A stretch of 64,000 bases of DNA from contig NMRA01000091.1 of NCBI GenBank assembly GCA_002633005.1, forward strand, positions 983,147 to 1,047,146, written 5' to 3'. This document shows, one piece after another, positions 38,698-52,686 of this stretch. A program made the position numbers and the translations under genes. The notes under the pieces are model-generated. The model saw only the letters and a program-made list of their open reading frames with translations. It had not been told where the DNA came from and ran no database searches. Position 1 is the first letter of the stretch; every line of letters begins with the position of its first letter. The stretch is from Phoronis australis. Its lineage: Eukaryota; Animalia; Phoronida.

Positions 38698-39711
38698 AAT
38701 AGGGAGAGAATACAAAACCTTACTGCATTACATTCCATCATTCCTGTTGGTTACGTCCGAGTGACTTTGGTTTCCACTATGTCTGCTTGAAGCTGTAACG
38801 ATTGCAGTGTCTGAACTCTGTTTTCACCGCACCGAATCGGATGACCTACCTAGACAAAATGTTTGAAGATAAGTGAAGGGCAGGTTAATTATGTCGCGAA
38901 GATCATGTCCGTAACCTCATTAAAGCAATGAGTGTACATTTAGACTCTGTAAGACATGTCGACTCAAGCAATGTACATTGTGTACTTTACCTGCTCGACC
39001 ACGAGGCCAGGTCTATGACGAATTCTTAGACAAGACAAGCTTCCAGGGAACAATTATGGGTGCCACCGATTTAAAATTGCAGATTAGAGTCTGCATCAGA
39101 CATTATGTTTTAGATCTTGTTGATTTGTCCATGTATTTAGCAAAACATCGTCAAAACTGTAGATTTCTACTCGGTAAAAGTGTGTATTGTTTAAAGTAGA
39201 AAGCCCGTAGAAAATTATTTTTACTTCATACAGATCTGCTATCTATTGAGTCACGTGATCATATCTTTAATGAAGTTTGTAATAGGAGACATGTATATTC
39301 AAAGAAAAACAACAACATTAATAACATGACCAAAGTTGTGACAGTTGGGTAATCATCATTTCGTCTTCATTTCGTTCACAAGTCCCATTATTGTTCGCCT
39401 TCATGCAACTGCAGATTTTGAAAACAGTACACAATGTGTCTGAAAGTGTCCAAGGGGCAATTTTTGATACATGACCTTTTCAGATTTGGCCGTTATTCGA
39501 AGGTCCACCGTAGTGATGTCAAAGGACTGATGCTTAATACATTTTAACGTGTAGTTCCCAAAATGGTAATCTGTTAAAAAACGGTCACGAGTGCAGGCGT
39601 CTCGTAAGACGAACTGGGAAACTTGGTGCTATTCATTGTTATTTGTAAGTTAAAGTGCATGTCAAATAAACAAAGAAAAAACAATGGCGACTATGATAAT
39701 CTGTTTTTCAG

Positions 39712-39921
39712 ACTGTCTGCCCAAACCATCAAATACACGACGGTTGGACAACGAGACTCCAATGACGTCCGAGTTTTGCAGCAAAGCTGTAAACAAATAT
39801 AAGACGCCCGACAAACCCGATGATCCCGATTACAAATGTCGATTATGGACTGCTATCGGCCATTGTATTCCAGGAACTTCTGTTTGGACTGGTTGCCAGA
39901 AGACATGTCAGTGTGATAAAT
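39712..39921 (+). CDS. ShK gene exon 12 (type A3): DCLPKPSNTRRLDNETPMTSEFCSKAVNKYKTPDKPDDPDYKCRLWTAIGHCIPGTSVWTGCQKTCQCDK
   Basis: Acceptor ctgtttttcag at 39711, donor T|gtaagc at 39922, 210 nt. Confidence 0.9.
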
Positions 39922-41449
39922 GTAAGCCACTGTAGACCGGCAGCCCAAAGCACTTAGCATAGATGAACGAGGTACCAACATCTGACCACGGGAGCATTTA
40001 GAGTCCACCTCAGTATGTACAGAAATGGACGTCTGCCGTTGTCTGCACTCTGGATGTGACCCCTGGGGGCCTTACAAAGGGCCCAGAAAATGAGCTAGAC
40101 TACATATTCGAGGTACCAACAAAAACTGATTTAAAACGAACAATAGTACCGCACTGAAAACCGACTGACCCATGATAGACAAATTGCATTCTGGAATGGG
40201 TCCGGCAGAAACCAAAAAAGGACCCCCTAAAAATGAGCTAGCACATACATTCGAGGTACCACACAAAACCAATTCCATATGGCTCAATACATGCCACAGA
40301 TCACTAAAACCCCTATGACAGACAACATACCCTCTGGGTTGTGCCCAGCAGAAGCCCCCAAAAATCTCAACCATGGTATATGCCATCAACATTTGAACTA
40401 GACTAAATTTTCGAGGTACCGGCCATAACTGATTTAAAACGAACAATAGTACCGCACTGAACACTGAATGGCCCATGACAGACAGATTGCACTCTGGAAT
40501 GGGTCCGGCAGAAACCAAAAAAGACCCCCCAAAAATGAGCTAGCACATACATTCGAGGTACCACACAAAACCAATTACACGAGATTCAATACGTGTCACA
40601 GGTTACTAAATGCCCTATGACCGGCAGACAAAATACGCTCTGGGTTGTGCCTGGCAGAAACCCTCAAAAATCTCAACCACGGTATGCCATTTTTGAGACA
40701 GTTAGATTTTCAAGGTATCGGCTTAAACTGATTTAAAACCAACAATCGTGCTGCACTGAACACCCAATGACCCGTGAAAGACAAATTTTGCTCAGGAAAT
40801 AGTCGGCCAGAAGCCCAGAAAGGACCTTAAAAAGGTAGCTACAATTGTCCATGCATCTTCCCCTGCTAGTTCAAATACTCGGGTGGACAACTGGACAGCA
40901 AGATGTTAAGAATTGCACCACGGAAATTGAAGAACACATATTCTCAATTGGTGACAATAGTAGTGTATTTAATAAGTTAACTGCAAAAAATGGGACCGCA
41001 GGAAACAAAAACTAGTTATAGAAAACTTTCGTTCACTAAGGCCTTTGTTTACTCTCATGATCACTAGAAGCGAAAAGCAGACGGGTGTCAAGANCAATTG
41101 GTGACAATAGCAGTGTATTTAATAAGTAAACTGCAAAAAATGGGACCGCAGGAAACAAAAACTAATTATAGAAAACTTTCGTTCACTAAAGCCTTTGTTT
41201 ACTCTCATGATCACTAGAAGCGAAAAGCAGACGGGTGTCAAGATGTGAGACAGTTAACTCGCCTAGTGGTAAGTTTTTGAAGAAAATGTTTACATTATGT
41301 CGAAATTCAGTGCCATGTTTAGTGTTTTAGTTTCGCGGAGTCATTTGTCGATGGCCGATATAAAATGCAAATCACCCCTAATTTGGTGCACAGCTACGCA
41401 GTGGAGTCCCAATGCTATTTAAATGAATATATAAACAACGACGTGTTTC

Positions 41450-42300
41450 GGTAACAAGGGGTCTCGCTGCAGCATTGCCTGGTCTGCATGCAGTAACAGG
41501 GTGTGACGTCACAGCAGCACTGTATGGGAAAGGAAAAGTGAGGCCTCTGGAAATCTTGATGAAAGACTCATCTGGGACACTTATCACCTTCTTCTCAGAG
41601 TTAATAAGCGTAGATGTCTCAGACGAAAGAAAGTTAGAAGAATACATACATGTATGCCTCCTATTAGGGAGGAGTCAAAGATGTCAATGAAGCGAGATAT
41701 CTGAAATTAATCGAGATGACCGCAAAAATTAACAAGGTAATAACTGTAATTGATAAAATATTGTTCATAAAAGCAACGAAAATAATTGCAAATGTTTTCA
41801 TAGTGTTAAACCAAAAGGCCCAGTTTCAAGTCATACTTAAAAAAACAGTAAATGGTGGTGAGGTTTTATGTTTTTGTTCGTCAACTTTTGGACAATTGAT
41901 CCCTAGTCAATAATGTTTTCTCACTATTTATTTCAGAAAAAGCCGATGTCCAACATCAAGAAGATTGACTGCGCATTGCTTCCTCCTTGCCGAAAGACTA
42001 TTGTACAAGTTCAAACGAGCCCATTGTGTTGCCTTGCTCTGGGGTCAAGTGGATTCCGCCAATCTGGTCGGGAAACGGTTTGCAGTGGATCCTTTTACCT
42101 ACGGTTGGAAGCTACAAGATGGATACTACACTCCCGAATGGTTTTGTGGATCTGCCGTTCCTGATGTCCTTTCTGAAGGTGCTGGTCTTTTAAAAGAAAA
42201 CCAAACCGATCAATAGGTAGAGGAAATGGGCATTTGACGAAACAAGCGAGCCCGAATCAAGCTGGAGTAGCAGTGACGAATCTGATATTGAAACGTAATG
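41450..42300 (+). pseudogene. C-terminal XPG/H3TH-like region of an Academ transposase, with its own intron (41737-41936)
   Basis: ALPGLHAVTGCDVTAALYGKGKVRPL...DVNEARY...IDCALLPPC...KRAHCVALLW...DPFTYGWKL...PEWFCG; frameshifted; GT at 41737 and tttcag ending 41936. Confidence 0.8.
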
Positions 42301-43507
42301 AAAACTAACAGGAAACTACTGTTGACATTAAACATATAGTAGCTTGATGTTCTCGTCGGTACAGTGATTTTAATTATCTGTTACTATGCTGTTTGAAAGT
42401 GTTGCTCTTATATATTATTTTGATTAAAGAAGGTTTTTTAAAACACGTCTGTTACTTTTCTTTCCACGTATTGTTTAGTAATCAATGGAATGAAAGGGCT
42501 CTTTGGAAATAAATTTCGTGGTTCCCTGGGCGCTAATTTAGAGGCCATATGTTGTCGCTCAATTATCCTTTCTGTTGGCAGTTTTGATAGCGTTTTATAT
42601 TTTGCACAATCCGCGCTCTTAAACTTCATTGAGTGGGTTGGTTTTAGACAGTTCCTGATGTTGGTGACATTTTTTGAGGCTGTAGATAATTAGTCTACCT
42701 AAAAGCAATGTTATGCAATTTTAGTGACTAGTGTATAATTAATTAAACATATTGGTTGTTTACCAAAATTTGTAAACTCCTAGGATTTCATGGGAAGTGA
42801 TTCACCATATCTCTGTTACCAGTTGTGGGATGTTTATAATAACAATTTTGCCTTGTTTTGCAAGTTGTGTAACTTAAAGTCTTTGAAAACCTGTCAGCTT
42901 TGGGATGAGGTGTTTCCGACAACAACATTAATCTGTTATTTGTCCATCAGAATTACTCAACTCTTGATTGTCCTGCACCATAATTGGTAATGACTTGGGT
43001 TCATTGCTGGAGTCCGGCAGATTGATTCACAGAGTTGTTTTGGAACCAGCGACTTTGTTCAGAGAATTGTTTTGGATCTAGATGTAGCATTTTGGAGGAA
43101 GTTTGTGGGTTTTCATGTTTTGAATTATCTCGCCAACCTTGTGTTCGGTATAAATATTTTGTTAGCTACTCTAAAATTCATATTGCTTGGAGAGAGGCTA
43201 CTGCTTGCTTCAGAAATATCACAGATACCCAGCGTTGGTAAGAGACAACTTTGTTTCTTGTTGTTTTACTATAAACTTTAACTTTAGAAACAACTATTCT
43301 CAGTTCTTTGATTATTTGCTTAACTCATAGAAAGTGTTGTAATAGAAATTGTTGTAACTACAAGTTTCTGCTAACTATTGTTCGCCAAATTGTGAGTTGA
43401 TATAATATTATTAGATATGCAATTTTCTGTATTTTAGAGTGATGTATTTGGTACTTCAATTTGTATTAGATATTGTATTATCTTTATTAATTGTTTCAGG
43501 TTTAACC

Positions 43508-43620
43508 GTATCGTATGGTATCGTATCGTGAATCGTAAATCGTTCACCGTATTGAAAATCGTTTCGTATCGTATTGTATCGTATCGTGAATCGTAAATCG
43601 TTCACCGTATTGAAAATTGT
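43508..43620. repeat. Two tandem copies of an approximately 59-bp CGTAT-rich unit, followed by a MITE-like terminus (CAGAGGCGGATCTACAGGGGG, about 43641) that runs into the gap
   Basis: CGTATCGTGAATCGTAAATCGTTCACCGTATTGAAAAT occurs twice. Confidence 0.7.
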
Positions 43621-46600
43621 ATTATTACTCGTATCATATCCAGAGGCGGATCTACAGGGGGTTCAGGGGGTTTAACCCCNNNNNNNNNNNNNNNNNNNNN
43701 NNNNNNNNNNNNNNNNNNNNNNNNNNNNNNNNNNNNNNNNNNNNNNNNNNNNNNNNNNNNNNNNNNNNNNNNNNNNNNNNNNNNNNNNNNNNNNNNNNNN
43801 NNNNNNNNNNNNNNNNNNNNNNNNNNNNNNNNNNNNNNNNNNNNNNNNNNNNNNNNNNNNNNNNNNNNNNNNNNNNNNNNNNNNNNNNNNNNNNNNNNNN
43901 NNNNNNNNNNNNNNNNNNNNNNNNNNNNNNNNNNNNNNNNNNNNNNNNNNNNNNNNNNNNNNNNNNNNNNNNNNNNNNNNNNNNNNNNNNNNNNNNNNNN
44001 NNNNNNNNNNNNNNNNNNNNNNNNNNNNNNNNNNNNNNNNNNNNNNNNNNNNNNNNNNNNNNNNNNNNNNNNNNNNNNNNNNNNNNNNNNNNNNNNNNNN
44101 NNNNNNNNNNNNNNNNTCATCTATATTTCGAGTACGATTTTGAGTAAAAATTCGGAGTCTATGCTCAAATTTCAAGTTTGGTATGGCAGTGTGCTTGAAA
44201 TCGTACTCGAAAATAAATACGAGCCAGAGAACAAAATATCGAAAGGGAACCAAGAAACACAGCAAATCTAAAAAAATAAGTCCTCTTACCGTATCTCAGC
44301 ACTTCAATTTCAGTTCAGAGATAATAGTTTTCATCTTAAATCTTCTTATTCTTCACCTTATTACCCGTCGTATCGCTGTATGTTATGGCCGCCATTCTAC
44401 CTCTACAATTATTCCTGGCAACAGGCGCATTGTAATCCCTTGTCGGCGAGTAATAACAAGCGTCGAAAGCAGTTGTGGGAAGAGTCGTGTGAGAAGTTTG
44501 TGCTGCCCTTATTTCGGTATGTGTGCCTACGTTTTGTAGGGTTTCCAAAAGACGAGGAGGGGAGGGAAATTTAAAAAAGTTCGCTTCCCTGTCAGGTACA
44601 TTTCTCATCATAACTTAGTCATCTATAATTCCTCAATCCCCAAATGGAATTCCAGATTTTGTTTGCTGATTTCTAAGTAGACGTCTCGTCCCGTTCACTG
44701 CCACTGGTGAACTCTGAATGCCTGCACAAGTATTGTTTTTAACAAACGTGCCAAGTGTCAACTCACTTGATACATCCCGGTAAAATACAGTATCAAAGTT
44801 TGACATCAGCGTAGGCCTACACAGCAATGGGTTTTATGTCAAGACTAAATTAGCAACAGATGTGATGTGATAAGCTGTTACATATTTCTTAAGACATTTT
44901 CGGGACTGGGTGAGGAACTCAAGAAGTATCAAAGAAATGGCATAAGAATATTTATTGAAACTAAAAAATGAATAACAGTTACAGAACACTCAGAATTCTA
45001 CGTTATAGACATACTCTTGTAGTTGTAGCGACAGCAGACGATAATATAGGCCTAGTTCTTGGGGTGGTCTATTCCAATAGGGACCGATGAATCAGCGCGG
45101 CTTTGCGTGATTTTGCATTTCACATCATAAAGAGTTCCATAGCAACTCGAGTATGAGTGTCAGATTTGAGTACGTTTGGAGTCTACTCGAAATACGACAT
45201 GAGATACGCTTTTTTGAGTACGACTCCAGTGAGCACGATTTTGAGTATGAAATCTCGAGTATGAGTATGAGTCTAAGTACGGAGACTGGAGACCGGGCCC
45301 TGGTATCCCAAAGCTTTACTGTTATCAGGTACTTTCCAAAATGCTTACTCTCCGCCATCATCCATTTGACAATTACCCGTGTGAGAGCTCAGTAGAACAA
45401 AAGTATAAACTCATCATCTAATATGTCGTACATTTTCAAAATTGCCGGTAGTTCGAGTGAGATTTCTAGGTCTGGCGAGCACGACCCACACTGGGTTTTA
45501 ATTGTCACAGGGTATTTGGTAACCAGTAACATCTACACTGTATTTGAATCACATGGAATTGATTATTGTGGTACCCGGAATGATGACCTACATTGTATCT
45601 CCTTTTACGGTGTATTTGAGTTACTGGCGACGCATACCAGAGCACAATTTGTTGTCTGTCGTGGTCATCTGGTGGATTATTGGTTTTAAGTCAGTTTTGG
45701 CCGGTACCTCGGCTATCTAATGTACCTCAAAGTTTTGATAGCAGATACTGTGGTTTAGGGTTTCTGGCAGGCACCGAATCCAGAGTGTATTTTGTCTGTC
45801 ATATAGGGCATTTAGTGACCTATGACATGTCGTATTGAACCTCATAAAATTGGTTGTGTGTGGTACCTCGAATGTATGTGTTGGCTCATTTTTGGTGGGA
45901 GGCCTTTTTTGGTTTCTGCTGGATCCATTCCAGAGTGCAATTTGTCCGTCATGGGTCATTTGGAGTTCAGTGCGGTACTAGTGTTCGTTTGAAACCAGTT
46001 TTGGCCGGTACCTCGAAAATCTAGTCTAGCTCAAATGTTTGATGTCATACCCTGGTTGAGATCTTTGGGGGTTTCTGCCGGGCACAATCCAGAGTGTAAT
46101 TCGTCAGTCATAGGGCATTTAGTGATCGGTGACATGTATTGAATCATATCGAAGTGGTTTTGTGTGGTACCTCGAATGTATGTGCTAGCTCATATTTGGG
46201 TGTAACTTTTTGGTTTCTCAGTGCCGGACCCATTCCATAGGACCTGTCATGGGTCATTCGGTTTTCAGTGATGTGCTATTGTTCGTTTTATATCAGTTTT
46301 GGTTGGTACCTCGAATATCTAGTCTAGCTCATTTTTGGGCTCTTTGCAAGGCTCCCAGGGGTCACACCCAGAGTGCAGACAACGGCAGACGTCTATTTCT
46401 GTACATACTGATGTGGACTCTAAATGCTCCCGTGGTCAGATGTTGGTACCTCGTTCATCTATGCTAAGTGCTCTAGGCTGCCGGCCTATGTTGTTACTTG
46501 GATGTAGTCACGTCTTGTGTAGCTATGAAGTCTGTTTTACTAATGAGAGTTAGTTTCTCACTTTTTGGGGGAATATATAACACAACTCTCGGGAAACTAG

Positions 46601-49600
46601 GCCGTAGGCTCGTCCTATAGATATCGGTAGATGGGCGTATCCATTGTTCACTTTGTTTTTCTTTTTTTTTTCTGGTGATAAAGATAATGGTAAGCATGTA
46701 TGTGTGACCTGGAGATGGCCACCCAAGGTACTATATCCTGTATTGCGACCTGTATTGTTATATCCATCAAAGACGCAATAAAGGAAAACAAAGGTAACGT
46801 CCTATAAGCGATAACTTTGCGACGCGCATTCGCACGTTGCATAGATAACGCAAATTAAACAATAGCGTGAGAAATCCATACGACATCATGTATCATGGGA
46901 ATGGGTTTTAAAATCCTAGGACGTCAGAGTGGCACACATTGTGTAAAGGCCTTACTATTTCCAGGGTAAGTTTTTCAACCTACATAAAATTCCATTGAAA
47001 TATCAAATGTTATTGAACTTCATTGACTGGAGTTATAAACATGGCGCTTCAATGCCAGTTTCAGGCTTTTGGAAACCGATCACTTGCTTAACCTCTGTTC
47101 CAAGCCTGCTGCCAACTGATGTTGTTATTTATGTGACCGCCATCTAAACAGTTACTTCAATCTGAGTCCTGTCGTCTCTGCAGGATGCCAATTGTTCAAT
47201 TGCTTTCAACAAAAATTGAATTTACCCCTTTTTGTAGTCACACCCCCATAAAAGTTCCTTGTAACCGAAGGGTTACGCGTTGTAAATGCAAATATGAGGT
47301 GCCCTCGGTACTTATTAATTAGTAAGCCAACATGATGAGAAAAACTTTCACCAAAAGATGTAACTTAGAATGTAATTTAGCAATGCAGAAGTTTCTTCTG
47401 ATCCTTTTGTGCGAATTTAGGAAAATCGATTAATAGACTGTGCTCGAATACATTATATTTGACGCCTTTCTAGTCCATGTTTGCACTGGATGACCTTTAC
47501 ATTCGTGCTACAAACTCGAGTAAAATTTCTAAATTTTGGGTTAAAACATGAACTTCTGGCCTTAATGTTCGGTTTATCAACTGTAAACGTGGACCAAAAA
47601 TTGTAAACGTAAGTCTTTATGTACTCGGGTATGGAACAATAGAACGTTATCTTCAGTTCGCACAGAAGTGGAGTAGAAAATAGCAAACACAATTGAGAGT
47701 TCCATTTGGAGTAAAAGGATTACAACCCCGGGCTAGGTTACGTATATAAAAGTGGAATGTGTTATTTTTACCATGGCGACTGAGTTCTATGCCAACCATG
47801 ACAATGAAACAAATACCAAGTTGTGATTCAGGATGAATCTGGTAAGCTTCACACATCATAATCAAAATAAAGGCTCACTAAACAATTTCATGGAAATTAC
47901 ATGATGATATTATAGTAAAAATTCTGAAAATCAAGGAAATAAACCAATTGTACTACGTCACAGAGTTACACTGAGGAAAGTGGCAGTCTACGTTGTCTTT
48001 TGCCGTTTAATGGTTTGATTGTTGGATTTTCAGAGGTGTCCACTGCAATCAAATACAGTCTACTTTACAAAATAAATCAAGGTGTTTCACATTTTGTCAC
48101 TTTGGAGTATATGTAGAAAGGAACTATTTGCAAAACATTAATCAAAAACGCAAAATTCCAAAACCTAACCGATTGTACTCTTCACGAATTATTCAAATAC
48201 GCTGCAAAACTTTCAAAACCAAAAAATACTGCTGCCCGATTACCTGGAGAACGATTACACCAGCAGCCTGGTACAGTATAATTATTGGGGACAAATAAAA
48301 CAACAACAATATACGTCTTAGGTTTTATTGGAAATTTCAGGGTCACAGCTCTACAAATGAATATTTCACAGAAGGAATCAGATGGGCTCCTTAATTACAA
48401 GAGATAACACACATATTTACGATGCCCACTGTGTAATTGAGTATCGAATACTAAGTGTCACAGGTTAGCATGGTGCCAAATGTATACATCATACCAAATG
48501 GGTACTGGCCGATTGCCTAACAGTTGGTTCGAGCAAAACGGCAAATTCAATATCAAGTACCAGCTGAGTACAAACTGCCAAATTGGCAAATAACATATAA
48601 TAAAGTACCAAGTGGGTACACCAAACAGCCAACTGAGCTATAACAACCTGCAAAGCAGGTTCCGGACAAGCTGAGTGAGCAGACCAGCCGGAGTGATAAA
48701 AAGATATTGTAAGGAACGTGGTGTTGTGGCTCAGTATGTGCCACATGGGCAGGGTTGTTCACCGCGCGTCATGTATGCGACCACTTCTAGCAGATTTTGA
48801 GATACGTAAATCGCTTAAGTTACCCAATCTCGGCCGGTGAGGTTGTCAACTTAGCATTTTCATGCAGAAACCAAATGGGGCTATTCGACGTGTTGTCACT
48901 GCAGTACTAGTGGTGATTGAATTGTATATGCGACGCTCTCTGCCTCTAATACATGTAAACAGCTAGTAAAAAACGGAATGGGTCTATTCGACAATCTTTA
49001 CATTACTAGAGGTCGCGCGTGTTCCAGTGGTGATAGATTAAGCAGTCTCGATATCGTAAGCTCTTTAAATACGACGATGGTGAAATGGCTTGCAGCCGTG
49101 CCAACTGAATCTGAGATTGCGTGAGAAGAAGTAAGCATGGTCTTATGCAAAGGTAAGGTGTTTGATTATTCTAACGATTATCCCATGTTTAAAATACTGA
49201 CACCTGTTAATTGTAGTCAGTTAATCATTGTTTGTTGTGATGACTGATGTGTGTTATGATATTTGACGTAGCACTCGGGATCTTTTCGTATATCAAAGCA
49301 GTATTATTAATGCTTTTGTTATGATTTCTAACAGGTTTATCAGTGACTGTTACATCAATCAATGCTCAATGTCTATGCTGTCAACTTGATATTTGTTAGT
49401 GAGGTAATATTACAATCCAACTCCAAAAGGGTACGTGACAAATATCCATTAGACTACATGTATTTGTTTACTCCCTATCCTATGTCGTCCGGAAATCTAT
49501 TACACGTTGACATGGAAATTTTGTCATGTCTGTTTTCACGTGGCCTTTAGTTTTTAGGCTTGAGGGCAAGTACCGTGCAGAGTAGGAGATAGGCATCGCC

Positions 49601-52069
49601 TCTGAAACCGTCCCTGAATGAAATAAATGGATTTAAGCAGTTGACTGCAGCAGCGTACCAGCAAGATCTTCCTACCCAGTGCAGATCTGTTGTCAAAGAC
49701 TACTTCCTGTGTCAGAGACAAAGAACAAAGCCTTTGAAAAGGGACAGCTATTTTAAAGAAGGTATGTAAGCTGTTTTATTAATTTACTTATTCAGGTCCT
49801 TAGCAGGAGGTTGGCACACACGCTTCATGAAGCTGTTGTGCTATCCATTGTAAACCCCTAAAAATATATTACATTCTATGAATTCTCAACAACTGAGCAG
49901 TCTTAACTCGTGCCTTGAAATGTTGCAAGTCATTTATAAATTCTCATGACTGTCATTTTTGTAAAAATTGCATTTTTGATATAAACTTACTGTACGAGCG
50001 AGGTCGTGTTTTAACATATTATTCTTTCCGCCAATACGCAAACAATGGTGCCGCAGGATGTTTAATTACTCTTAAACAACAGAAAGAGTATACATCATTT
50101 TTAAGTGACTCGAAGTTTTCATACCCCCTATTAGAAGAAAAATAAAAAGACAGTGAGAAACGGTTCCCTCCGCCTTAGACCCTGACCCTGTTTATAATTG
50201 CTGAAACTGTCAAAAATCAAAAGGCTTGAAAATGGTAACAATGGTTTGAAGTTGTCTCAAATAACATATTTTGAAGGTAAGTGATGCGTTTAAAGAATTG
50301 TTATGGCTAGGAATGAAAACTATCGACGCAGATCTATACAGATCAATAAATATTTTATGATATACAGCCTTGCTTTCTGGAAATAGTAATTGTTTAATTT
50401 TGTGAGAAATTGACAGTTACCTTATCATATTTTTGAAAAACAAGGGCAACGTTTTTCATCCAACCTGACGTACTTGTTTATTCAAGTTTCAGGTTCAATG
50501 ACATGTTTAAGGCCACTTCGGGCTGCAACGTAGAGAAGCTTTGTTACTCCTTTCTCTTCCCACAGCATGTCGTCCACATACCAGCAGTGCTGCGTGACAC
50601 AATGTACAAGCCAGTAGCCCGGAAAAATATGAATCACCGTACGAAAACGTGCCAGTGGATTGTTTGTGTGTGAAGATGAATTATATCTGACTAGTACACT
50701 AGCCAGCCTCATTGTTGAGGATGCCCTTTCATAAGCAATGAATCATGTGTTTACACCAATGACTCATTTCCTTTCCTGGAAGAAACATGAGGGACTGAAT
50801 CGTAAGAAGACCTAGTTACATTCTGATCTAGTTCAGGGTCGGATTTTGGAAACAAGGCGAGTCAAGTGAGATAATGTGCTTACCTTCAAGGATCTAGTTG
50901 TGGTCTTATTGAGGCTGAATGAGGTTACATGAAGGAAAGTAACGTGCCAAAACTGTACCGTTTTTACAAGCGCTTCTATAGGCCACTAAATCTCGATGCC
51001 ATTGGAATCAAAGCCAAAAGCATCTGGTATAAATACCTGCCCTTTCTCAATGAGTGACATTAACTTTTCCTTTCAAAATAAAGGCGTTATACTAATGGTA
51101 ACAACTTTTCAACCTTGCACGCTTTATGCGGAAGTGACATATAGGGACTGCATCGATTGTCTTATTGTCAGTAAATAGCCCGCTCATGTTAAACTTTGAT
51201 GATCGAATAAAATTTTTATCAACTGTCAAGTTTGTCACTAATTATTCAAACCGCAATATTTCTTCAGTTTCAATGCCCGATACAGTGCAGTGTGCTGCTT
51301 CTTTATAAAGCTGAAGTGATAACCGACTACTCTTGCGAATTGTCATTTTCCTGTTGACCTATAGAAATGTCCGGCGATCAAAACCAAGTATTCCGCTTCA
51401 ATGCATTTGATTCGCTTATGTGTGAAACTATTTTTAGAGCTTTCTTAAGAAGAACTTTGAACAGTTTTAATTTTTGTGTTAACTTGCCTATAACAAATGT
51501 TACGCATGCAAGCAAAGTATGTTTTCAATCGTAGTTAACTGATAAGAATCTCATATGCACAAGATTCGAGTGTATTTAAAACAAAGTGACTAACAAAACA
51601 ACCATGTGCATACAACGGAAAAACATTATTTGGTAAAAACAATTGTAATTTTCCCTTTCAGGGATATCAAACTGACTTTCTGAATTGAGAGATTCAAATT
51701 CAATCAGCCGGGTTATTGCTGAAGGACTGCTTTTGATTTTGTCGATAGGTAAAATAGACGGCAGGCCGGCTGATTTCAGCCGTTTTCTCTCTGCTGTAAC
51801 TGATTAGTCAGAGAAATGTTAGCAAATTACCAAAGAAAACACAAGACAAAGCTAATTTTGTAAGACAGAACATACTTGACATTCCATCTTCATGTTTATA
51901 TTTAGGAGCTAATAATCTTTGTACCCCAGCAATAATTAAGATCTGAATTAAAATATGTGAAACAGGCTAAAAGTAATTTAAAAACGTGTATTCTTATGAC
52001 ACCTAAAATTTGTTTCTGACCTCGACATATAAAAATCATTCTAGGTCTCAATATTTATTCCAATGCAAT

Positions 52070-52470
52070 GTTACGAGATACATTGACGACATATTTTATG
52101 ATCTGGACCCATAGCCTACAAAAATGTCATGCATTCTTGGAAAATAATAACAAATTTCACCCCACTATAAAGTTCACCCATGACATTTCTCCAAATAAAT
52201 TTTCAATTTTAGATGTCACTGTCATCCTTAGTAATGACAAATTAGAAGCGGACTAATACTGTAAAGAAACTGACAAACACCAATATCTGTCATAACACTC
52301 ATGTCATCCTTGCACTATAAGAAAAGCATTCCATAGAATTCCAGGCATTTGTTCAGAAGAAACTGCCTTTAATAACCGTGTAAAAGAACTCATGCATTAT
52401 TTATTTCAACGTCATTTCCTTTACATCGTATACTCAAAGAGTTTGGCAAAGTCCGCTCAATCACATGAAA
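52070..52470 (+). mobile_element. Penelope-like retroelement reverse transcriptase fragment
   Basis: RYIDDIF/MIWTHS...FHPTIKFT...ILDVTV...LEAD*YCKETDKHQYLS*HSCHP; typical PLE RT palm/thumb motifs with stops. Confidence 0.82.
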
Positions 52471-52605
52471 TAAGTCTTTAAGAGCTAAAAGAAAAGATTA
52501 TAATATGAACGGGAAATGCCTCCGGAATTAATTAATTTTATAACACAATATTAGCGACAAATGGAAGATACAACCGTGTAATAACCCATAAAGTTATCTA
52601 ACGAT

Positions 52606-52686
52606 TTGGCGGGAAACCGAGGACGGAGTCGAACCCGGGACCTTGGAATTGCTAGTTGCCGACTTTACCAGTAGACTACGACATGC
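52606..52686 (-). other. tRNA-like sequence (possibly Ala-AGC derived); SINE head or tRNA pseudogene
   Basis: Minus strand GTCGTAGTCTACTGGTAAAG...CTAGCAA...GGTCCCGGGTTCGACTCC; A/B boxes present, stems imperfect. Confidence 0.45.

Larger units (their letters stand above)
39933..46488 (+). mobile_element. Academ-type DNA transposon, about 6.5 kb, with 0.8-0.9 kb TIRs and nested insertions
   Basis: TAG(A/G)CCGGCAGCC...CACTTAGCATAGATGAACGAGGTACC at 39933 is inverted at the end at 46488 (TAG...CTA termini); the TIRs contain about 300-bp internal repeats; internal XPG-like remnant. Confidence 0.8.

Noticed and set aside
40072-40518. 148-aa ORF with an internal repeat
   Set aside because: Lies within the tandemly repeated TIR of the Academ element; no protein motif.
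44118-45303. Nested element with GAGTA-rich ends inside the Academ copy
   Set aside because: Its left end is lost in the gap and no recognisable protein motif was found, so it could not be classified.
52606-52686. Functional tRNA gene
   Set aside because: A and B boxes are present but acceptor and anticodon stems do not pair well; kept only as tRNA-like.
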